Assembly: GCA_918797485.1 (NCBI GenBank)
Contig: CAKKNE010000001.1
Coordinates: 4,898,001 to 4,962,000, forward strand
Direction: 5' to 3'
Origin: Pelagomonas calceolata
Taxonomy: Eukaryota
DNA: 64,000 nt
Numbering within the stretch: the first letter of the stretch is position 1; every line of letters begins with the position of its first letter. A program made the translations under genes and the position numbers. This document shows positions 21,996 to 32,582 of the stretch, piece after piece. The notes beneath the pieces were generated by a model. It did not search any database, was not told where the DNA came from, and saw nothing but the letters and a program-made list of their open reading frames with translations.

Positions 21996-23183
21996 ATGCC
22001 TCTCACTAACGGACACAGACGACGGAGACGACGCTGGGCCTTAGCCGCAGCCCTCTCGACAGCCCAAGCGTACGCACCTCGCCTCACGACGAGAGCCCTG
22101 CCGACAAGGAGCAGCAGCACCAGAGCCCTACGCACAAGACGCAGCGTAGCTGTGGTCGAGATGCCGCCCCCGCCCATAAACTGGGCCGACGACGCCCTCG
22201 CGGACGCGCCCTGGGAGCCGGCGCAGGCCCTCGAGGCGCCGCCACTCTCTCCAGCAATCCCGAAGCAGCCGCCGGTGGATCTTAGAATAGAAGCAACACT
22301 CGCCAACGCCACGGTGAAACAAACAACCATAAGCGCAATAATTGGCGGCGGCTGCTGCGGTTATGTCGCCGGCTGGTGTCTCCTGTCGTCGTTAGTGCGA
22401 CTGGGCACGGTGGCAGGAGCCACAACAGCTGGTTTGCTGGTAGTTCTCCCCCCACCGCCGTTAGCGGCGAACACGCTCTGGTTTGATGTTGACGGCGACC
22501 CGCGAGGCACGGCGCGACGCACAGCTTACCTCTGGGCGCGGGCGTGTGCGGCTTTCGTGCTAGTAGCTCGAGACTCATTGAAACGACTGTGGCAGTCGCT
22601 ATGGCGAAGGTACGGCCCGGCCCTGGAAGGCGTGTCGAACCAAATAGTGACCTTTGACTTCGAGAGCCTCCAGAAGCAGACGGCCCAGGTCACTAGAGAC
22701 ACGGCCAAAAACATTATTGAGTTGGGGGCGGACGTCGACCGCAAGTTCAACCTCGGAGGCAAACTCAAGGGGGCCGCGAAAACGACGCTGGACGTGATCA
22801 CTCCCGGTCACGACGACGAGTGGCGCGACGACGGCACTCCAGTAAGACCGGCTGTAAGTGCGGGCGAAGGGCTCAAACGAGTGCGCCGGCGAGTGGGATC
22901 GGCCGCCACGCGCGCGCGGGACTGGATGCTCGGCAGGGACGAAGTGGTCGAGAAGGAGCCGCCCTCGTCGATGCAGCAGCTCTCGACGGCGCTGTTCCTC
23001 ATGCTGCCGGCGATTTTTGTGGTTGCCGTCGATCATAGAGAAGAGGTCATGGCGTCGTGGGAGTCGCTCTCGAAGGTCGCCGCGGCGGCTGTGGCGGCGG
23101 CGGCCATCGAGGCGTCGAACAGCCCCATGGCGGCGCTGTCCTTCATGGCCGAGCACGGCCACGCGCCCCAGCACTTCGTGTAA
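21996..23183 (+). CDS. Hypothetical membrane protein, possibly plastid-targeted
   Basis: 395-aa ORF; WALAAALSTAQA-YAP resembles the ASAFAP bipartite motif; hydrophobic segments. Confidence 0.55.
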   Translation: MPLTNGHRRRRRRWALAAALSTAQAYAPRLTTRALPTRSSSTRALRTRRSVAVVEMPPPPINWADDALADAPWEPAQALEAPPLSPAIPKQPPVDLRIEATLANATVKQTTISAIIGGGCCGYVAGWCLLSSLVRLGTVAGATTAGLLVVLPPPPLAANTLWFDVDGDPRGTARRTAYLWARACAAFVLVARDSLKRLWQSLWRRYGPALEGVSNQIVTFDFESLQKQTAQVTRDTAKNIIELGADVDRKFNLGGKLKGAAKTTLDVITPGHDDEWRDDGTPVRPAVSAGEGLKRVRRRVGSAATRARDWMLGRDEVVEKEPPSSMQQLSTALFLMLPAIFVVAVDHREEVMASWESLSKVAAAAVAAAAIEASNSPMAALSFMAEHGHAPQHFV

Positions 23184-23248
23184 ATTGTATGTAAGCACAG
23201 TGACTACTAGTTAGGTATCGCGTCGGCGGCGTCGCCGCGGCGGCATCG

Positions 23249-24556
23249 TCACGTCACCGCCCAGACGACCGACTCGACGTTGCCCCCCCGTTGCTCGTCC
23301 TGCTCGTTCGCGACCGCGAGGTAGGTCCGCCCCCCCAGATCAAAAGCTACAAAAGCGACGGCGCCCGTCGTCGGCAGGGACTTCTTCCGGCGCACCACGA
23401 TCTCTGGATCAAGTGAAATCTCGTAGACGGGCGAATTACGAGAGTAGGACTTCTTCTCGCGGTCGCCGCAGCACGCGATCGCCAAGTATAGCTTACTGTT
23501 GGTCGCTTCGAACAAACACGCGCCGTGGGCGCCGTCGTCGTGGTCCAGTTCCTGTACCAACTGGTACTTGCCCCGTCTCCATTCATACAGGGGCGACCTC
23601 CGGCAACACGAGCCGTCGGGATTTTTATGTTTGGCGACGAAGCAGAAGTGGCGGCCCTGATACGTAAGCGTAGACGAGCCCTCACCACTGGACAGATCAA
23701 AGGAGGGCGCGAAGACGTCGCGCGTCAGCGAGAAGACCGTCGACGCCGTGCGCCACTTCGTGGTCGAGGACCAATTGGCTGCCGCTATTAAATAAGTGCG
23801 CTTGTTGAGGCAAGTTGTAGAAACGTGGCAGCAGCCATCCGCTTGTAAGTACTGTAAGTGGTGGAACTTATCCTGTTCAAGTCCAAACAAACTCACGCCC
23901 TTCTTGCCGAACTCCGCCACGGCTAGCCTTTGCTGACCATCTACTACGAACGCACAAATCCCACCACCACCTTCACAAGGCAGCCGCTGGTGCTCCTCGA
24001 AGCGGCTGCCGTCCCACTTGAGGATCGCGACAAAATCCGCGTAGTACATGGACACCGCGAGGTAGTGGCTTCCTTCTGAGGTGATGTGGGCGACGCCGTG
24101 CGCGCCGAACGACCGGAAGGTCTGCACCTCCTCCACAAGTAATCCGTCATCGTCCTCAATTCGCCAGATGCTCGACGTCGTCTCCGTCGACGGCGCGGCC
24201 TCGCCCTTCGTCGGGCCCGCCGCCGTTTTTAACGTTTCGAAGAAGTTCGCCACGCACAGGTACTGTACATTATCAATGACGAAGGGAGTTAATGCTGCCG
24301 CGCCGCGCGTCTTGAGCCGCGCGGCCTCGGCCCAGCGTTCGGCTCGATGTGCCGGGCGGGGCGCCGGCGCCGGGGGCGCCGGGTCCTTCGCGGGGGCCGG
24401 GCGCGCCTCCGGCTCCGTGGTCCCGGCGACGAGGCCGCGCGCCCGGGCGAGCCGGGCCTGCGCCCGGGCGGCGCCGTCCCGGACCTCGACCGTGTCGTCG
24501 TCGCTTTCATCATTCCAGCGGTCCCACTTGCTGTACGAGGCGGCTAGGGATGCCAT
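23249..24556 (-). CDS. EPTP/EAR-repeat beta-propeller protein
   Basis: Repeated blades such as PFVIDNVQYLCVANF, QTFRSFGAHGVAHI..SHYLAVS, SLPTTGAVAFVAFDLGGRTYLAVAN; N-terminal SYSKWDRWNDESDDD. Confidence 0.75.
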   Translation of the reverse strand: MASLAASYSKWDRWNDESDDDTVEVRDGAARAQARLARARGLVAGTTEPEARPAPAKDPAPPAPAPRPAHRAERWAEAARLKTRGAAALTPFVIDNVQYLCVANFFETLKTAAGPTKGEAAPSTETTSSIWRIEDDDGLLVEEVQTFRSFGAHGVAHITSEGSHYLAVSMYYADFVAILKWDGSRFEEHQRLPCEGGGGICAFVVDGQQRLAVAEFGKKGVSLFGLEQDKFHHLQYLQADGCCHVSTTCLNKRTYLIAAANWSSTTKWRTASTVFSLTRDVFAPSFDLSSGEGSSTLTYQGRHFCFVAKHKNPDGSCCRRSPLYEWRRGKYQLVQELDHDDGAHGACLFEATNSKLYLAIACCGDREKKSYSRNSPVYEISLDPEIVVRRKKSLPTTGAVAFVAFDLGGRTYLAVANEQDEQRGGNVESVVWAVT

Positions 24557-26181
24557 GCTGGCTGCAATTGTGCTGCCGCGGGCGGCGCAGGCGTGGACGA
24601 GGACTTCAAAAAACGTGTCCTATTGTGCAGAGGCAGCGGTCTGACCGCACAATATATAAAATAAGCTTGGGCAGCCTGTGGCGCGACGCGCGCGCGAGAA
24701 GACACACTAGGTTTTTTAGATGCGCGACATGCAGCCGTTCGAGTATGCTTCCGTTCGTTTATGGTCCAAAGAGAGCAATGGGACACTTCTTGGGGGCCGA
24801 AAAAATTAATTTTTTTAATTCGCGATATTGACGACGCCACCATGACGGCCGCGCCGGTGGAATCCTGTCGATTCGTGGTCCTGAGGTCTCCCCGAGGTCG
24901 CTTTTGGTCGGTGGTAGACATGCGCAATCGCCTACGCCGCATGCGCGGCGGCTTCCATCGGTGCATACATATAAGCAAGGTCCTTTGCGCTCTATGGCTC
25001 TGGACCATTTTTTTTTTTTTTTTTAATGTTTTAGACCTTACCGCCGAAAACAACCCCCCACGCCCCGGGAGGGAAAAAGACTTGGACCATGATTTGCCAA
25101 AGTTTTCGATCCAGAGCTCTCAGGAGAGCCCCAAGCGCTGCCGCATGCGGTGTCGGCGACTACCCGACCCCAGACCTATCCCGGAGGGAGTCCGCGAGCC
25201 GATCTGCATCCGAAAAAAGTGTGCAATTTGGGCCCGATGGCGCCCCGTTCCCGTCAAAAAAGGCAATTACTCGAGGGCCCCCAGTAGTCGCCGTAGCGGT
25301 CCCGTCGGACCCCATACTACCCCACCGATAGTCAATTACAAATATATGACATCTACACCACGAGAAGGGTACTTTGGGCCGACCACGCTCGGGACGTGAA
25401 CATCTTGATCTGGACCTCGCGCAAGTCGGTCGGTCACGGAACAAATGATCTCATTATGGTCCATGGTGTTGGTACACGGGCTGATGGTCGCAGGTCTACC
25501 TAATTCGCTCGAATTGACGAGATGATGCGGTCTCGAGACCGACGAGTCGCGCCGAGCATCTTGGGGTCTCGGAGCAATGTAGTACGCAACCAGGCCGGTT
25601 ATCTGGCCCGTCCTAGAACTAAATCGCCTGAAACGCAAATTTATTTTATAAACCACCGCTCTGGGGCCAATTCAGTGCCCCGCGTACGCACCGTCGTCCG
25701 CGGAGAACGGGCAAGTCGGTCGATTGTGAATAGAACAACGGCGTTATGGTCCATCCGGATGGTGGCGTCGCTGATATTCTCAGGTTTTACTTATTTATCC
25801 GTCTTCACATAAACCCGCGGTACCGAAGTCGCCGAATCCCGCGGCTTGTACGGATCAGGAGACTGGGCTCAGTAAATGTTGAGGCGGCCTAAATGGACTC
25901 TACCACTAACAAACGGAAGGAAACGAACATAAACGCGAGAGTTGTCTAGTAGAATTCTTTTCCCGCCCTCCGAGCGCGGGCCGTCGGCTCCGGTTCCGTC
26001 GAGTGTGTATGAAAACTGGGCTGGAGTTGATATGATGTACCATTTGGACGGTAGAAGGCACCGTCAATCGCTGGTGTATTTTGGCGAGCCGCAAGACCTA
26101 GTGATCTAGCGTATCGACACACTAGGAATCCGTATATATATATATATGTATGTATATACATACACCTAGTATACATGTATA

Positions 26182-26306
26182 CAGGCCTAGGCGGATGGCT
26201 TTTGAAAACAGACCTCTCCGACTGACCCCCGAATAGTGAAATTCAGAGCTTAAATTCCCGCTCTGCGCGGAACTCCCGGAGCTGAGCTTTTTCATGCGCC
26301 TACCTG
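26182..26306. mobile_element. Putative 125-bp MITE-like element flanked by TA
   Basis: TA-CAGG(CC)TAGGCGGATG...CATGCGCCTACCTG-TA imperfect TIR, next to a (TA)n tract. Confidence 0.4.
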
Positions 26307-26366
26307 TATGAGACAGACCCACAAAAATCCGACAAAAAAACCCGTGATGCAACAGACTCTCAAAGA

Positions 26367-28100
26367 TTACTCCTCCGCAGACGACAAGAACGGAAACGCC
26401 CGCTCCGGCCGCGGCGCGTCGTCGACAGCGTCCGCAGGAGCGACGAGGTGCACGTACGTCTCGAGGCACGCGTACCGGAGCTGCGCCGACGTCCGCCGCG
26501 TGAGGACAGCCCCCAGATCTCGCCCCACTTCGAGCGGGTCCTGGAGGCGGAGCCGGTCGCGGTGCTTTTTCGCGTCGGCGGGGAGCGCCGCGGCGGCGCC
26601 GCGCGTCGTTATAATATCCGTGCGCGCGAAGGCGACGAGCCGCAGCAGGTCGACGAAGCGGCCCGCGAGCGCGCCGTCGTCCGCAGCGGCCACCACGCCA
26701 GCTTCATCGAGATCCGTGGCGGCGGCGGCGGCGGCGGCGGCCGCGTCCATTTCACTGGAAGCCGCGAGCGCTGTGAGGGCTGGGCAGGGCAGCGCCGGGA
26801 GCTCCCCCCTCAACTGGAGCACGCGCACGCACAGCACGGTCCAGGCGTAGTGGCTCAGGTGGCGGCGGTGGTTGCCGCCGAACTTTTTCGCGCGCGAGAA
26901 GGCGCGCGCGGCCCGGCAGAGCGGCGCGAGCTGCGGCCGCCGCGCGCCCAGTTCCTTGAGCAGCGCCGTGTTGCAGAGCTCGCGCCGCGCGTTGACGACG
27001 ACGTCGATGCGCGAGCCTCCAGGTAACGTCGCGCGAGCCACGGGCACGCGCGCCGTCGCGATCGCCGTCGCCTTCTTCGCGTTCAGGGGCGGTCCCTTGA
27101 GCAGCTCCGCGACTTTGTTAACGTCAAAAATGCAGGGCTCCGGCAGGAGCAAACATAAATCGACGTCGCCGCGGCCGTCGCCCAGACCGGTCGCGGCCGA
27201 CCCGAAGGGCACGCATTGTGCGCGAGCATCTAAGGTCTTCGCGGCCGTCGCCAGCTGGGCGGCTATCTGAGCGTCGTCTCTGGTAGTTGAAGCCGGCGCC
27301 GCACGCGCTAAGAGCTTCGCAGTTAAAGCTGCACTATCGCCGGGCGCCGCGCCCGCCCGGAGCACCTTGAGTGACGTCGCGGCAGCTTTCAAAGCGCGCC
27401 GCCGCTCGGGCGAGCTCCAGTTCGCCCGGAGGCAGGGCCCCACTATTAACCGCGCGGCGAGGGCCGCGTCCCTGGACAGCGCGCGCGATAGCTGCGCGAG
27501 CGGCGCGTGCTCGGGCGCGCCGTCCACCGTGACCTCGTGCTCCTCCTCGGAATCGCCGTCGTCGTCCTCGGCCGGCGGGGCGCCTGATTTAGTCCGCGCG
27601 CGCGCCGCGCCGGCTGCGGCGACGGCGTCGACGGCTAGGGCGCAGGCGGCGGCGGCCTCTTGTATTGACCCTAATGATGTAGCAACACAGCACGCGGCCT
27701 CTAGTTTACCTTCGGCGGCGAGCGCCTTCGGTAGAATGGCTGCGGCCTTCGCCGCGCGGTCGCTGCGCGCGCGGCGGCCGTAGTGCGCGATCGTCCGGAA
27801 CCGCGGCTCGGCCTGCCTCGCTAGACATCCCAGAAATGCCACGAGATGCGTCGCGTCGTCGCCGTCCGCTTGTGAAGCGACGCGCTCGGCCGCGTCATAG
27901 GTAGCCGGCGTCGCGCACAGGCGCGATATGGCCGCGAGGGGCGGCTCGTCCGTGGACGTTGCTTGCGCCTCGCGTTTCGCGAGGCGCTCGGCTTTCGATA
28001 ATCGTGCGCCGCGGCGTTTTTTCTTCTTCTTTTGCGGCTGCGGTGCATCGGTGCGCGCCCGCTTTGTGGGCGGCTGCTCCTCCTCGGCTGTGTTGTCCAT
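26367..28100 (-). CDS. Cid1/TUTase-family non-canonical poly(A)/(U) polymerase
   Basis: PFGSAATGLGDGRGDVDLCL (GS..DxD), ARVPV, IDVVVN..NTALL, LQDPLEVGRDLG. Confidence 0.8.
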   Translation of the reverse strand: MDNTAEEEQPPTKRARTDAPQPQKKKKKRRGARLSKAERLAKREAQATSTDEPPLAAISRLCATPATYDAAERVASQADGDDATHLVAFLGCLARQAEPRFRTIAHYGRRARSDRAAKAAAILPKALAAEGKLEAACCVATSLGSIQEAAAACALAVDAVAAAGAARARTKSGAPPAEDDDGDSEEEHEVTVDGAPEHAPLAQLSRALSRDAALAARLIVGPCLRANWSSPERRRALKAAATSLKVLRAGAAPGDSAALTAKLLARAAPASTTRDDAQIAAQLATAAKTLDARAQCVPFGSAATGLGDGRGDVDLCLLLPEPCIFDVNKVAELLKGPPLNAKKATAIATARVPVARATLPGGSRIDVVVNARRELCNTALLKELGARRPQLAPLCRAARAFSRAKKFGGNHRRHLSHYAWTVLCVRVLQLRGELPALPCPALTALAASSEMDAAAAAAAAATDLDEAGVVAAADDGALAGRFVDLLRLVAFARTDIITTRGAAAALPADAKKHRDRLRLQDPLEVGRDLGAVLTRRTSAQLRYACLETYVHLVAPADAVDDAPRPERAFPFLSSAEE

Positions 28101-28519
28101 CTTTGAGCGGTTCTTGCTAGCTGTTGATCCCCGCGCGCGTCGTTATGCCTCGACGGCGGCGAGGGGCCGGTCCTTGGCTTTGCTCCTAGAGTCCGCAGCG
28201 ATGGGCGATTCGAGCGTATCGACCAGTGGAACGACGGAGGGGTTGCGAATCGCTTGTCTACGTCGAGCGTAGCGCTCGTCGCGTACAAAAGCGCCGCACT
28301 GCTAGCTAGAATCATTGACACACTAGGCTCGAACACAAAATCGCGCTTTATCGTGCCGTGAGGGCGCAGGAGTTGGCACAACGAGCGACCAACAACGCTG
28401 CTTAATCCCTAGAACGCGCCGCGCCGCGAGACGCTGCGCCGCACAAGAGCTAGGGCCCTGAGAGGCAAATAGCTCTCAGAGCTTCCGCGGGAGAACGAGG
28501 TGAATCCGTGCCAAACACG

Positions 28520-29239
28520 ATGCGGGCACACCTCTTCTGTGCGCTTGCCACGGCCGGAGCCCTGAGCACGAACAACCTGCGGGACGCGCGGTTCAGCTGC
28601 AGCATCGTCGGCGACTCGCTCCTCGCCGGGCTCGTCGCGGGCGGCGAGGGCGGCTTCGAGCCCGTGGCTAAAGTGGTGGTGAATGAGCTGAAGAAGCTCA
28701 TCCTGACGCCTGTGGATATTCGGGTCTCGGCCGAGCCGCTCCGGACCGCGGGACAGGTCGAGGTCGCGCTAAGCGAGGAGTTAAAATCAAGGACTCCCGG
28801 AGCCGTCGTGATCCTGGCGGGCACGAACGATTTGTGGAGATGCGATGCTGACGCGACCTTCAAGTCGCTGAAGCGCATGTACGAAAATTGTGCCAAGGCG
28901 GGCGTGCGTCACGTCGTCGGCATCACGCTCCCACCCTTCACGGCCGACGCGACGCAGTGGTTCTCGATCGTGGACCTGCCGCAGCGCATCGAGGCGACGC
29001 GATCAGCCGTGAACGACAACATACGAGACGCGGCGCCCGTGCTGCTGGACCTGGCTGCGGACGCGGAGGCCGACGCGGCGACGTACGTCCAGCCCGACGG
29101 CATCCACTTCACGCGCGCGGGCTACCGGGCGCTGGGGTTGCGCGTCGCGGAGACGCTCGAGGAAGCGTTGATCGGACGCAAGGCGCCGCCGCGGACGGCG
29201 ATCTACCCCGGCTTGAAGAAACCACCACCGGCGCGGTGA
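28520..29239 (+). CDS. SGNH/GDSL hydrolase with signal peptide
   Basis: Blocks VGDSL, LAGTNDL, DGIHF; hydrophobic N-terminus MRAHLFCALATAGA. Confidence 0.85.
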   Translation: MRAHLFCALATAGALSTNNLRDARFSCSIVGDSLLAGLVAGGEGGFEPVAKVVVNELKKLILTPVDIRVSAEPLRTAGQVEVALSEELKSRTPGAVVILAGTNDLWRCDADATFKSLKRMYENCAKAGVRHVVGITLPPFTADATQWFSIVDLPQRIEATRSAVNDNIRDAAPVLLDLAADAEADAATYVQPDGIHFTRAGYRALGLRVAETLEEALIGRKAPPRTAIYPGLKKPPPAR

Positions 29240-29528
29240 TTTCCTCTCCCTCCCTTCCTGTGTGGTCTTGGCACCGCTGTAATTATGATGTTAGCTTTGC
29301 TCGAGTGTCTGCGACCGTGCGCGGGGCGTCTGCTGCCGCTGGTTGTGTCGGCGTCGCGTTCTGGCGGGGTATTGCTGCCGACGGAGTCTTGGGCTCCGTG
29401 TGGATGCTTGTACGCGTGCGTGGCACTTTTAGGCTAGAGCCCAGGCCCAGCCTTAGGCGAGCGTCCCAAAGCGAGCTAAAAACGCTACCTACGGAGCACC
29501 GGAGCCGACACACGGCTCTCCAGCAATC

Positions 29529-30295
29529 ATGGTTCGAATGAGCGTTCGCCACTGCGTCGAAATTTTCAGCCGCGGCGATGGCGTACGGCCGTATTAGCAA
29601 GTGCTCGCTGCAGCTCAAATGCGGCAAAAACGCGGGCCGCGGCGGGGACCCAGCCGGCCAAATCTCGCCGTCGCCGCACCACTCGTGCACGGCTGACTGC
29701 AGAAGCGATCGCGGCTCGCGGGCGGGAGCTCCCTAGAGTTTCACCGCTCGCCGGCGGGACCTCGAGGCCCGGTCAGAGGCTGGAGGCCGGCCGCCGCTGC
29801 GCGCGTGGCCGCGGCCCGGCAGATCTGGCGCCCGGCCGCCGCCGCAGAACTCGCGGTGCAACACACACATCAGCAGAGCCGTCGCGAGCACCCATCACTC
29901 ACGCCCCCCGAACGCAGGTCCTCGCGGACTGCCTCAAGTCCATCTCGAACGCCGAGAAGCGCGGCAAGCGCCAGGTGCTGATCCGACCGTGCTCGAAGGT
30001 CATCGTCAAATTCCTGCAGACGATGCAGAAGCACGGCTACGTTGGGGAATTCGAGATCGTCGACGACCACCGGTCCGGGAAAATTGTGGTCGAGCTGACG
30101 GGCCGCATCAACAAGTGCGGCGTCATCTCGCCGCGCTTCGACGTGCCGCTCAAGGATATTGAAGCGTGGGTGAACAACTTATTGCCGTCGCGCCAGTTCG
30201 GCCACCTCGTCCTCTCGACGACGTTCGGCATCATGGACCACGAGGAGGCGCGCCGCAAGCGGACGGGCGGCAAGATCCTGGGCTTCTTCTACTAG
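29529..30295 (+). CDS. RPS15A: 40S ribosomal protein S15a (uS8); exons 29529-29543 and 29918-30295
   Basis: [29 protein letters not shown]...GGKILGFFY, 130 aa after removing a 374-nt GT..AG intron. Confidence 0.97.
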
Positions 30296-30510
30296 GATGT
30301 AAAACTGGTTGAGTAGTTGGTATCTGCACGGCGTCGTCGCCGCGTGTTGTCTGCGCGAGATGCGCCATCGAGCGCAAGGGTAGCTGCCCCGACGGGTCCG
30401 CGCGAGGCCGTGCGCCGCGCGGACCGATCCCGCCGGTCCAAAGGTACGGGATTGGAGCGCCTCCAGCGGACAAAATCATACCTGTGCGCGTACAGAGCGA
30501 TGGGGCAGCC

Positions 30511-31230
30511 ATGAGACGCCTCGCGCTGCTGGTCGCCGCGCTCTGCGGCGGCGGCGCGGACCTCGACGCGCCTATGCCCATGCTCAAAGTCACGCTGCAC
30601 CACGGCGCGGCCGATAAACGCTACGCGCCGCCCGACGCTCATGAATCGCTGGCGCGCATCGAGTTCTGTGCCTACTGCGAGGACCCGCACACCGAGGGCA
30701 GCCTCGCGCGCGGGCTTACTGCTCTGCAGGGCGCGCGCGACTACAAGATCACGTCGAAATTAGTTTATGCGTTACCGAACGACGCCTCTACAAAACCGAT
30801 GAACGCCGACGAATTGACGGGGAACGTGGCCTTGGTGCACCGGAGCGCGACGCCGCTCGTCCAGAAGATCCTGCACGCGCAAGAAGCCGGCGCCGTCGGC
30901 GTCGTCCTCGTCGACGACGGGCGCTGCGAGTCCGATCTAAACTGCGGCCGCATCGGCTCGGCGCGGTTGGGCGGCTTCGCGCCGCGCGACGACCCCTCGT
31001 CGTGGCGCCTCGTGAAGATCCCGTCCGTGCTCGTGTCGCAGGAGACGGGCAAGCGCATCCGCCGGCTGATGCCTTTGGAGCACTTCGAGGTGCCCAAGCT
31101 CGGGACGCAGTGGGTCTCGCCGCGCTCGGCCGCATCCCACAAGCGGCGGCGCGGGGCGCGGCCGCCGGCGCGGCCGCCCGAGCCGACGCGGCCGGCGCGG
31201 CGGCGGCGGCGGCAGCGTGAGGAGTTGTAG
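30511..31230 (+). CDS. Secretory-pathway PA (protease-associated) domain protein with ER-retention-like REEL
   Basis: Signal peptide MRRLALLVAALCGG; GNVALVHR..LVQKILHAQEAGAVGVVLVD; IPSVLVSQETG; C-terminal REEL. Confidence 0.8.
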   Translation: MRRLALLVAALCGGGADLDAPMPMLKVTLHHGAADKRYAPPDAHESLARIEFCAYCEDPHTEGSLARGLTALQGARDYKITSKLVYALPNDASTKPMNADELTGNVALVHRSATPLVQKILHAQEAGAVGVVLVDDGRCESDLNCGRIGSARLGGFAPRDDPSSWRLVKIPSVLVSQETGKRIRRLMPLEHFEVPKLGTQWVSPRSAASHKRRRGARPPARPPEPTRPARRRRRQREEL

Positions 31231-31335
31231 TTAAGGTGCGTTGTTTGTGTTATTTCCTGGATTGTGCGAAGTATTGAATGCCCAAGAACTTTTGTAAACT
31301 GGATGATTAGTCGGGACGGTGGGAGGCCGACGCCT

Positions 31336-32205
31336 TCAGTTGAACCCATTCACCTGCAGGTCGAGCGCCCGCTCGAGCGCGGCCATCTTATCCGTCAGCG
31401 TGCCGTCCGGCGCGCGGAGCTCGAAGTGGCGGATCGCGAGCAGCTCCGGCCCTTCCGTGGGGCCGTTGATTTGGATGCCTCCCAATAGATAGGCGGGTTG
31501 CCCGGGGCACGCCTTGTCTATTGCTTCCAGTAAACCGGCGCGGATGTCGTCGCAGAGCTTGTCACACAGCACGGCGACCTCGTCTTTCCCCTCGGTCGCG
31601 TCGATCGCCGGGAGGTGTCTTACGACGGCCTGCTTCACGCACGCCATCTGGTAGTCGCCCGGCGCGTCCGCCGGTTGGACACACGGCTGGCACGTCTGCT
31701 GCCGCGCCCAGGCCAAGGCGCCGACGCAGGCCCCGCACGCTCCGCTCTCCTTGGCCTGGCCCTCTCTCGCCACGGCGCCGATGCGCGCGCCGTCCGAGCT
31801 CACGCCGACGTGCGGGCCGTAGAAGACGAATAGACCGCCGCCGTCGGGCGCGTGCGACGCATAGGCTCTGAAACCCGTCGCGCCCGCGAACGGAAGCCCG
31901 GCCAAGCCGCCCAGGCGGAACGCCGGCAACACCCCATTATCAAACAGCGGCTCCCAGGCCTTGGCGCAGCAGATCTCGTCGGGGCAGGTGGAGGACGAAA
32001 ATAGTAATTTCTCTTTGGCGAAGCCGCCGTCGCGCGCGACGCTCAGGGCCGCGGTGGCGGCGACGCGGGGCTCGTGCGTGGCGCCGAATTGCAGCGCGAT
32101 CGCGGCGCCGCGGCCCGGCGACTGAGCGTGCGCGTGTACGCGAGAAGTCTCGTCTCGGAGCGACGGTAGCGAGCTCGCCGAGAGCTTCTTGCTCGACGAG
32201 AACAT
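31336..32205 (-). CDS. LCIB-family / theta-type carbonic anhydrase (5' end uncertain)
   Basis: STCPDEI, FRLGGLAGLPFAGATGFRAYASHAPD, YGPHVGV, GACGA retain the Cys-His-Cys zinc ligands; possible acceptor CACAG at 32216 suggests an upstream exon. Confidence 0.9.
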   Translation of the reverse strand: MFSSSKKLSASSLPSLRDETSRVHAHAQSPGRGAAIALQFGATHEPRVAATAALSVARDGGFAKEKLLFSSSTCPDEICCAKAWEPLFDNGVLPAFRLGGLAGLPFAGATGFRAYASHAPDGGGLFVFYGPHVGVSSDGARIGAVAREGQAKESGACGACVGALAWARQQTCQPCVQPADAPGDYQMACVKQAVVRHLPAIDATEGKDEVAVLCDKLCDDIRAGLLEAIDKACPGQPAYLLGGIQINGPTEGPELLAIRHFELRAPDGTLTDKMAALERALDLQVNGFN

Positions 32206-32582
32206 GCGCTTGAGCCTGTGTGCGCCACCATTCAGGAGAGAGTAGTTAAGCCACCATTCGTGTAACAAATCGTGTTTCGGCGACGGCGTCCCGGCGTTCG
32301 TTTTGAGTTTTCGTGGAGCGACGGCGAAACGTTGCAGGAATTTCGAGTCAGTTGTCGTGCGAGCTCTCGCACGCCAGTAGGCACCGTTGATTCGTCGACG
32401 CGGCTACTGGCGAGAAGCTCCTTTGCCTTTTTGGGCTCTCCTGGCTCGCGCGTCGTGACCACGCCCGCCATGTGACTTATCGATCGCGACGCCGTATTTG
32501 TGATGAGACTACTGTATTTGACCGCGACCCGGGGACAAGAGATTATGGTCTGTGGTCCTGCAAACTCGAGCTGCACTCCCAA

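Noticed and set aside
24544..26469. Short ORFs in the non-coding island as transposase remnants
   Set aside because: No DDE, HUH or reverse-transcriptase motifs visible; non-coding composition.
29544..29917. Possible snoRNA hosted in the RPS15A intron
   Set aside because: No convincing box C/D or H/ACA arrangement seen.
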